A stretch of DNA of 64,000 nucleotides. It comes from Magallana gigas. Lineage: Eukaryota. The stretch is from assembly GCF_963853765.1 (NCBI RefSeq), contig NC_088856.1, positions 19,468,001 through 19,532,000 of the forward strand, read 5' to 3'. Shown here piece by piece: positions 1 to 8,400 of the stretch. Position numbers and translations under genes: made by a program. Numbering within the stretch: the first letter of the stretch is position 1; each line of letters begins with the position of its first letter. The notes beneath the pieces are model-generated. The model saw only the letters and a list, made by a program, of their open reading frames with translations, was not told the DNA's origin and did no database searches.

Positions 1-783
1 TATTACCATTTCTAAGTTTGTAAGACTTGGATTTCTTACAGTAAAGTAAGGACCTGAAAATAAATTCCTCAGAGGAAGGCATAATATTTGCTTTCCGTAA
101 ATATCTCTCTAACATAGCTACAGGACATGTATCATTTGGAGTTCTTGAAATAACCACAGTGCTTCCTTCTTTGTATACATCGGTCTTGCTTCTTTCTATA
201 AACAACGAAACATGAGAATCAAAAATACATATGTTAGATCTTTTCAAATTTATCAGTTCGGAAAAACGCAAAAATCCAGCATATGCTATTAAACACATGC
301 AGCACAATCGTATATCTTGTAAGGAATCCGATTCTTTTCCAAATTTTTTCACTAATTTTGATAACACTTCCGGTGAAATGGGCTCTTTTTTCTTTACGGT
401 ATGGCTGACTGATCTTATAGCTCCTTCTTTCACTGAATTGACAAGAGTGGAATCGCATGGATTTTTAAAGTCTCCTAGAGAATGAGCCCAACTTATAGAA
501 TATACCGCTTCTTGAATTTTAGCTACAGAATGGAATTTAGTCGACAAGTGAATAATGTATATAGCGACGTTTGTCTCTGAAGCTGGTAAAGGGCTAATCT
601 GGGGTATAAAGGAAGAACACCACTTGCAAAAAGCGTTAAAAGCATATTTGTATTTTTTACATGTGTTTTTCGCTTTGGATTTTAAACAATACTCTGGGAT
701 TGCGTTTTTCAGAGCTGATATGCGCTGATCCTCGTTATCATTTCTGGAGAGGACTTCCTTCCATCTCCCCACAGAAAAAATGT
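1..783 (-). CDS. Tyrosine recombinase (YR) of the DIRS-order element; partial, continues beyond position 1
   Basis: Manual translation of an uninterrupted minus frame (~260 aa): DIFSVGRWKEVL...KAKNTCKKYKYAFNAFCKWC...CLIAYAGFLRFSELINLKRSNI...FIERSKTDVYKEG...CPVAMLERYL...FIFRSL. It contains the YR catalytic Arg motif (GFLRFSEL) and the SKTD motif. Absent from the ORF track. There is no ATG at the 5' end, which is preceded by a polypyrimidine tract and CAG at 786-784. Confidence 0.92.
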
Positions 784-963
784 CTGAAAAACGTAAACAA
801 AAAACACCAATCAATATGACAGAATAACGATGCAGATTTTATGAAAATATCAAGCCATGTATTTATCACATTCGTGATAACGTTGTTTTATACCTTTTTA
901 AAACATATAAATAAGTATCATATACACTTAATATCATGCATTAGCTATATACCAAAGTCATAT

Positions 964-1330
964 CCACTGGTTACACCACGCTGTGTACCAGGACTTACTC
1001 ATGTCCACTGGCTACACCATGCTATGTACCAGGACTTACTCAATTCCACTGGCTACACCATGCTATGTACCAGGACTTGCTCATTACAACTGGCTACACC
1101 ATGCTATGTACCAGGACTTGCTCATTTCAACTGGCTACACCATGCTATGTACCAGGACTTGCTCATTTCAACTGGCTACACCATGCTATGTACCAGGACT
1201 TACTCAACTCCACTGGCTACACCATGCTACATGTATGTACCAGGACTTACTCAACTCCACTGGCTACACCATGCTATGTACCAGGACTTGCTCATTTCAA
1301 CTGGCTACACCATGCTATGTACCAGGACTT
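964..1330. repeat. Tandem array of a 41-bp unit (8 full + 1 partial), each with an internal inverted repeat
   Basis: Units start at 964, 1005, 1046, 1087, 1128, 1169, 1210 (47 bp, 6-bp insertion), 1257 and 1298. Core actggctacaccatgctatgtaccaggactt; variation is mainly in the ~10-bp linker. Confidence 0.97.
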
Positions 1331-1480
1331 AACTCCAAAATTTTTTATTTACTATATAAAGTATCATTCACCCCGATCAATTAATCGTCAAAATGTATGT
1401 ATCAAGACTTGAATGTAAAACAAAGTAAAAAGATATTATATGTTCAAAAACATCAACTTTTTTATTTCAGCAACAATACA

Positions 1481-3535
1481 TCAACATTTACCAGCATCTA
1501 ATCTTACGGCCAACACGGGAGTACAAAAATTGTTAGATCCAAATATAGAGTGTTTGTTCAATCCTTGTTGAAAAATATTTTGGGGGTTTTTAAATTCGAT
1601 TACTTCTTGTACGTAACCACGATAGCTTAGATTTTTCCCAAAAATAAAAGTCCAAAAAGGAGAAGAACTCCACTTTGGAACAATAAGAGTACCCTTGGCC
1701 TTACAGCTCACAAGATATTTGATAGTCTTAATTATCAGAATAACAGGTGGCACAAGCCAGTTATTTTCATCACTCCAATTCTGACAAAAACAATCGACAT
1801 TTTCTGAACCTGGATTCCAAAACAAGGAATTAAATCTTTCCAACTTTTTATTATAGGAATTTGCAAGGCGATCTATTGTATGTGGACCCCACAATTCATC
1901 CATGAATCGGAAAAATTCCTTTGTCACACCCCAATCTTCATAGTCTATGATATTGCTTATATAATCAGCTTTGATATTTTCTTGTCTTGGAATCCATTGA
2001 ATATCAATATTAATACCTTTCTGAATACAAGCAGAGAAAATATTCATGGCTAACTCTTGTAATTCCAATTTCATACTCCCACATTGCACTATTTTTACAC
2101 ATGCTTGATTATCTGTGAACCACTTAATAGTCTTTGATGCAAATCTGTCTTGAAAACATTTCACAGTTTGTTCAATGGCTCTTAATTCACGCCACGTAGA
2201 ACTTTTCTTAGCCTCATGCTCTTTCCACATTAAATGAAAAACCTCTTGATTTACATCAATAGTATAAGACCCTGCTGCTACATTACTTGCATCAGAATAA
2301 ACAACAATATCTTTCTCAAAAACACTACATAGTTTCTTTTTGTTAGATACAAAAATATTCAAAAGCCAAAAGTTCAACTCTTTCAATATGTGTTCCATTT
2401 TTTCTGAATTGAGAACACTATCCCAAGACGACCTTGACACTATTTTCATATAACAATAGCGTGTCATAATTCTACAAACATTCCCGAAGACGGGAGAGAG
2501 CGAAATAATTTTACCTGTCACCTTAGCAAGTTGTCTCGCCGTAACTTTAGGCATTAATTTTAACAAACACTCTAATGAAGACTTTAAGTCATCAATACGC
2601 CTTTCTGGAATACACAATGTAAAGTCGATCGAATTCCAAACTAAACCCAACCATTCTAACTGCTGAACTGGTTGAAAAACAGACTTCTCGATATTAACCA
2701 GAAAACCAGCCTTGTCCAACGTATCTTGAATAAATTTTGAAACATTCTCACACTGATTTTTTGTATTTGACAACACTAAACCATCATCTAAGTACAAAAC
2801 GATGTCTATACAGTTTTCTCTAAAGTATTTAACAATAGGGCGCAAGCATTTAGTAAATACATACGGCGCTGTACTAAGTCCAAATGGTAAAACCGTAAAA
2901 CAGTAAAACTTGTCCTTCCATGAAAAACCTAAATAAGTCTGGGACTTAGTAGAAATATCAATGTGATGGTAACCTGAACGTAAATCGAACTTGATACAAA
3001 AACAATCTTGTCTGAAGTATTCTAAAGCTATTTTCCAGTCTTCAAATTTAATGCGTTCTTTTTTAATGTAAGTATTCAGAGTGCTCAAATCCAAAATTAA
3101 ACGTTTTTTATTTTTGTTTTCGGCCACGCTTAAAGGACTGACAAAGAACGGCTGGAAGGGAACTTCTACAATACATTCAGACAAAAATAACTGTTGAATA
3201 GCATCAGATACAAAGGAATCATTTCGTAATGCAGACTTGTTGTTATTCATGCACATAGAAGGTGGATTGGCAGTAAACGGAATATCATAGCCCGATTTTA
3301 TTATTTTCAAAATTGAGTCATAAGTATTCATACTCTCCCAAAATGATATATGTCTAAATAAGCTTTTCTTTATACCCTTTGTGTACATAAATGATTTTTC
3401 GTTATCAATTACATCAAAATAATCAATGTGCTGAAGAATTTCAGAATCACTTTCACAATTGATATCAAAATACTTATCTTCCACTAGAGCTCTGTTGTCT
3501 GGAAGTTGTTTCCAGCGGGACACTTGTTCTTCCAA
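1481..3535 (-). CDS. Pol of DIRS-order retrotransposon: reverse transcriptase + RNase H + C-terminal DNA adenine methyltransferase-like domain
   Basis: RT motifs FDLRSGYHHI, VLPFGLSTAP, LYLDDGL. RNase H motifs VYSDASN, STWRELRAI, FTDNQ, WIPRQENIKADYIS. MT-like tail TIDRLANSYN...DCFCQNW...WLVPP...GTLIVPKW. The track's start codon is TTG, not ATG. Confidence 0.95.
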   Translation of the reverse strand: MEEQVSRWKQLPDNRALVEDKYFDINCESDSEILQHIDYFDVIDNEKSFMYTKGIKKSLFRHISFWESMNTYDSILKIIKSGYDIPFTANPPSMCMNNNKSALRNDSFVSDAIQQLFLSECIVEVPFQPFFVSPLSVAENKNKKRLILDLSTLNTYIKKERIKFEDWKIALEYFRQDCFCIKFDLRSGYHHIDISTKSQTYLGFSWKDKFYCFTVLPFGLSTAPYVFTKCLRPIVKYFRENCIDIVLYLDDGLVLSNTKNQCENVSKFIQDTLDKAGFLVNIEKSVFQPVQQLEWLGLVWNSIDFTLCIPERRIDDLKSSLECLLKLMPKVTARQLAKVTGKIISLSPVFGNVCRIMTRYCYMKIVSRSSWDSVLNSEKMEHILKELNFWLLNIFVSNKKKLCSVFEKDIVVYSDASNVAAGSYTIDVNQEVFHLMWKEHEAKKSSTWRELRAIEQTVKCFQDRFASKTIKWFTDNQACVKIVQCGSMKLELQELAMNIFSACIQKGINIDIQWIPRQENIKADYISNIIDYEDWGVTKEFFRFMDELWGPHTIDRLANSYNKKLERFNSLFWNPGSENVDCFCQNWSDENNWLVPPVILIIKTIKYLVSCKAKGTLIVPKWSSSPFWTFIFGKNLSYRGYVQEVIEFKNPQNIFQQGLNKHSIFGSNNFCTPVLAVRLDAGKC

Positions 3536-4251
3536 TGGCCATACTTAAAGCATCCGAAGCAAACGTCGGTTGGCTGTGGGGTTCTCTGTCTCCCACGAAA
3601 ATACGCCTGCTTGGGGTAGGCGAGAAAAGGCTGAGAAGCGCTAACAAGAGCAGGAGTTTGAGCGGCCAATTGAGCGGCGGATCCAGCAGCGGCGGACACA
3701 TAGCCTCTGTTCGGGACACTTTGATATGGGCGCGGCCTGTATTTAAGACGGAACTGCTTGACACTCCTGAGGGCGCGGTTTTCCGCACTACGGATCTTCT
3801 TTTCATCCTCTGAATCATCTGTAATATCACTGGCCTTGTATTCATTCACCGTTTTCCAGCCTGCTGGTGACGAGTCGGCGATTCTGATATGCTTATTACG
3901 GGTATCGATGTCGTGAATTATCTCGCTGATTAACAACAATGATTTGTGATCACCTTTCGATTTCACAATTTTCTCCAATTTAAGGACCTTCTCTTTAAGC
4001 CCTTCATTAAACTCGAACTGGATCTTGTTACCCTCCGATTTCAGCTTATTCCCGATATTTTCTTTCACCTTCTTCTGCAAATACTCGGAATTCTGAGACT
4101 GCTCCGTTTGTAGTTTTTCTGTTAACTCTTCAAACTGGTTTTTTATAACAGTAGTAAATAAATTTACTACGTCGGTCAGGTCAGGCGCAGATTCACTCTG
4201 TTCATTCTCTTTCTCAATCACTATATCATCGGCATTAACTGGTCGAGACAT
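3484..4251 (-). CDS. Gag-like ORF1 with C-terminal CCHC zinc knuckle
   Basis: 255 aa, ATG start. Zinc knuckle CFGCFKYGHWKNKC; central RNKHIRIADSSPAGWKTVNEY...DDSEDEKKIRSAE block typical of YR-retrotransposon gag. Overlaps the pol frame. Confidence 0.9.
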   Translation of the reverse strand: MSRPVNADDIVIEKENEQSESAPDLTDVVNLFTTVIKNQFEELTEKLQTEQSQNSEYLQKKVKENIGNKLKSEGNKIQFEFNEGLKEKVLKLEKIVKSKGDHKSLLLISEIIHDIDTRNKHIRIADSSPAGWKTVNEYKASDITDDSEDEKKIRSAENRALRSVKQFRLKYRPRPYQSVPNRGYVSAAAGSAAQLAAQTPALVSASQPFLAYPKQAYFRGRQRTPQPTDVCFGCFKYGHWKNKCPAGNNFQTTEL

Positions 4252-5415
4252 ATTACATGTACGTGCAAATGCGGCAAAGAAAAGCCTTCGAATGAGTGAA
4301 AATCGTGCTTAACTTGAATACCTGTTCTACAGGTTATATGCTATAAATAGTAGCCAATGGCTACAGGTTTAAATATATAAAACCAAAACATAGAACATGT
4401 GTTCTAGTACCTATGATAAATTAATTGTATATACGTCCCTGATTTGACCTATTAAAGAGGTTTTGTGTGTAGTGATCCATTAGGAGTGGATTAAAGATTT
4501 AATTTTAATTAGATTGATAATAATATAAAGGAATATTATACCTGGAGAATTGAAAACTACTAAAAATATTAAATTGTGTTCCTGATCAGACATGGCCTTT
4601 ATCAGTATTTGGGTTTTGACTACTACTGTACTAACCAATCTTTCGGTAAATTAAACTTTAAGCTTTGTTGTACGGTAAATATTGGCATTTCTGAAGAAAA
4701 TTTTTAGGCTTTAGTTTTTTTATTTTCTCTTCTTTGAAAAGGATTTGGACCTTTCAATGAATTCTCTTTGCTCATGTTTCTTAAGTTTGATTTGTGACAA
4801 AGAAGTCTGGTTGAAATTTGCCACATGGTTAAAAAAAAATATGCAGGCAAAAACCTTCAAATCCTGAAGTCAATTGAAATAATAGGGGTCAACACGTCAC
4901 ATTCTAATGTCTGTTACTGGTATTTTAACAGGTTGAAATAAACATTTACATGTATGTATGAAATTAAACTTGCATATTGAACTAGCAATAAAAAGACACA
5001 ATAACAGAATTTCAAGTTAAAAATGTATTAAATTAATTTATCTTTCAAACAAATTATACAAGTTATAATTTACAAAGGACTAGATGAAAAAAGTTACATA
5101 CAGCTCTTGAAGCATACATGGACGTGCATAGAAAAATCTCTGCGAAGAACATGTACATGTTCTCTTATCTTTACAGACTTTTCAACAAAGATATTTCTGA
5201 TAAAAAAAATGTCTCTATAAGAACTTGTATACTTGATCACTAAAATGTACATCATCCATGCGATTAGTCACGGTTTCTTGGCACTTCAAAGTTCAAATAC
5301 CATCACAGATATTCCCATATGTACAATAATTGGTCCCTTGAAGTCGCTGAGTAATCAAGAGCATGCTAGTAGTAATATGGCATGATGGGAGCAGCAAAGC
5401 ATGCTGGGAATGCTC

Positions 5416-8400
5416 TCAAGATGCTGAAGACCCTTCCTCCTCTCCCTCCTCTTCTACTACAACTTGGTATTGAGACACCCACTCTTCTGGATTTTTTTCA
5501 TACAACTACAACAAAAATAGACTAAATAATGATGCTACTTCTAAAATGTTTCCGCTTTTCAAGAACTTTTAGTTATTTTTGTAAACATTTTCTGAAAGTT
5601 AAAAAGCTTCCATTTCTGAACAGCCTTCAAACTCAATCTTGCAGGTATTAGACCATTGATACATGTAATTTGCAGACATTTTCTAGCCCTGTAGACTCAT
5701 CACCCTAAGGACGTTCAAAGTTAGGTGTCAAAACAATCCACAATGTCAAAACAGATGGACCTGTGGATTCTGCAGTTACATCATTCTGATTTTGTTATGA
5801 AATGATTATGAAATGATTGATGCATCTCACCTGACTGACAAAGTCCAGACAGTTCCTTTTTGTGATTTCCTTCTTAGCTCTGAACCCCCATCTGAACTCA
5901 AAGACCGGGGGGTCGGTGTTTGGCTGACGAGTGTACTCGAGGTACCCTTGTCTCACAAACTCAACAGTCAGCTGCTTTTTGACATCACCAAAGACAGGAT
6001 GAGTCACACTGCAAAAAATACAACACCAGAACATGTACAATTACTGAAAGAAAAAATTCTTAATTAAAAACTGACTAGATATTTTAGAATTTTTATTCTA
6101 AAAGGTTTGAATCAAATAAAGAAATCAACACTGTTTTGAGTATTACATCTATTTAATATAAAGATAAATGCATAAATTATCAAAAAACAATAATTGAAAG
6201 TAATTACTTACTCTTGATCAACTTTAAGTTTTCTCAGCATGTGATAAAGTTGAGCTAAAATAAAAAGTAGACATTCTGGTAATCATTCAAATGTTCTTTT
6301 ATACTACATACCTTTTTCAACATTTTCAAAACAACACCTTTCTTAATTTTATTTTTCATACAAAAAACATATCACACAATGAAACTCATGTTAGTAAAAT
6401 GCAAGTTTTCACTAGTTTCAAAGAGTTTCAATATATTAATCATGAAGGCAACAAATGGGGATGAAAAGTCGTCTCAGCTGTATGGGTCTGGAACCCAGGG
6501 TTTCCAGGGTACTGTGTAAGCACTAAGCTAAAGAGACCTAGTAAGCCAGTATTGACTGACAATTGCACATTTGTTAACTTGATAACAATGAGTTTTAAAC
6601 AAGTACTTACAATCTACCATAACTTCTCCATTCATAAATATAGCACTGAGTACGACCATCAGGAGTCCAGTCTTGGCGTGATTTTCGTCCGACCAATCGA
6701 CGGGGGTCAAGGTCAAGTTGGGGTCACTCTCCAGCTGCTCATCTACGTCGGTGTCTAACGTATTGACCAGGATATATGTACCTTTCTGTTTGTCCTCTAA
6801 ACTCACCAACTCTATCCCAAAGATCTGAAGAATGCCAGGGAAAATAACATTTTTTAAAGATAAAATTAACCTCTGGATTGGTAAAATCTTTATATTAAGA
6901 TCTGAGTTAGTAAAATGAACTCTTTTTAAACGTGGCAAAAATACTCCCAAGAGTTCCTGCACATGTACTGTAGATACCCTTACTCTAGGTGATTTTTCTC
7001 CCAGCAAAAATCCAGTAACATATATTTATTTGCAATCAATATTTCTTATAAATTGCTGATAATTAACTTGTTCATGTATGAATAACCTTTAGGTTATGAA
7101 AACATAACCCCAAGAAGTTGTTGGCACATGAAATTACAAGAAAAGAAAGTTTTCATTAATTGAAAACTTTCCTTAATAGATGATGTATGTACATATTATT
7201 ATCTATAAATTACTGAATAAATGTAAGCAAGAAAAGACTCAATTCATTCACATGTATTCACCTTTCTAAGCTTTTCTTCGGCTAGTTTCATCATCACAGG
7301 GAGAGCTTTACTGTGTTCCTTTAATACCTGCTTATTTATATCTGTACAAAACCATTTTACAATCTATAAACATCAACATATTCCTTATGATTAAAAATAA
7401 TTCTTACTCAGTTTTATGGTCACCGAGATTCCATTGGCTTATTGATGTTCAAACATTAGCTATAATGATCCAATATGACCCCTATCCAGTCACAAATGTT
7501 TTCTCTCTTATAAAAACCATTCACAATATCTGCTGCACTGCTCTTTGCAGGGTATATTTACAGTTTTATAAAGCTATTGTTTCATTTACTGCTACATCAT
7601 ATACTGTGGATTCCTAATTAAGAGCGAGGAATTTTTATTGGCATAAAATCATGAGAAGCACATCTCGCAATTTTTTTAATTTGCTTTTTTTTTTTCAAAC
7701 ATACGTAAACTAAATGAAATTATAATAATTGGCATTTCACAATCTTATATCTAATACTAGTGATTTGATGCAAAATTGTTGAATCGTGGAATTTAGTTCT
7801 TGCGTAAAATAAGGAATCTACAGTTATTGTTAGTAGTTATTTACCAAATAAAACTTTGCCAATCTACAGCAATTTGCTACTGCAAAAAAACAGTAACACA
7901 GCTATTGAGAAAGGGTTAACTTATAAATTAAGATATTCTTTAAATTAATCTTTACTTTACCAAGAAAGTAAAGACATACATACTAATACATCCCTGCTTT
8001 AACATGGGGAAAAATAAGTAAAACTGTAACTCAAAACATCAAACAGCGAAATATGGCTTTCTCCATCCATGAAATTAATTGTAGGAGTTTCATATTCCTA
8101 CCAAGTTTTTTGATAGGTAGCTTCTTTTGGTCCATTATCAACAGGAACTGGACGAGGTCATGCAGCTTCTTTTCCTGTTCTCCGCGGTCCATACTCGAGT
8201 GAGCTTTCTCTGCTTGTGTAGCAGACACCTGAGAACTTGGTATTCTGTCATTATCAGGCTAAAATACAAATTAACATACAAATAAATAACTGCAATCCAA
8301 TTAATTACTAGGGAGGCTACTGTCTACAATTCAATTCAGTTTATTTACTCAAACCATGAAATGGTGCATGAGGTCAATCAGTCTACAGGGACAATCATAA

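Larger units (their letters stand above)
1..4400 (-). mobile_element. DIRS-order (tyrosine recombinase) retrotransposon; 3' end lies outside the window, 5' boundary approximate
   Basis: Minus-strand order gag (CCHC knuckle) - RT/RNase H/methyltransferase-like - tyrosine recombinase, all without internal stops. Terminal repeats cannot be defined because the element is cut by the window edge. Confidence 0.93.

Noticed and set aside
231-485. Short ORFs 231-485(+) and 234-458(-)
   Set aside because: Antisense and alternative frames of the real tyrosine recombinase frame.
964-1330. CRISPR-like array next to a reverse transcriptase
   Set aside because: No unique spacers (the linkers are two recurring ~10-bp haplotypes), no cas genes, and a eukaryotic intron-containing context. 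It is a tandem repeat.
841-1412. Three overlapping plus-strand ORFs (163, 133, 115 aa)
   Set aside because: Artefacts of the stop-free 41-bp repeat cycling through frames; antisense to the element.
3474-3845. Third-frame ORF overlapping gag, and antisense ORF 3535-3813
   Set aside because: No recognisable motif; explained by the GC-rich 3' half of gag. An overprinted gene cannot be fully excluded but is unsupported.
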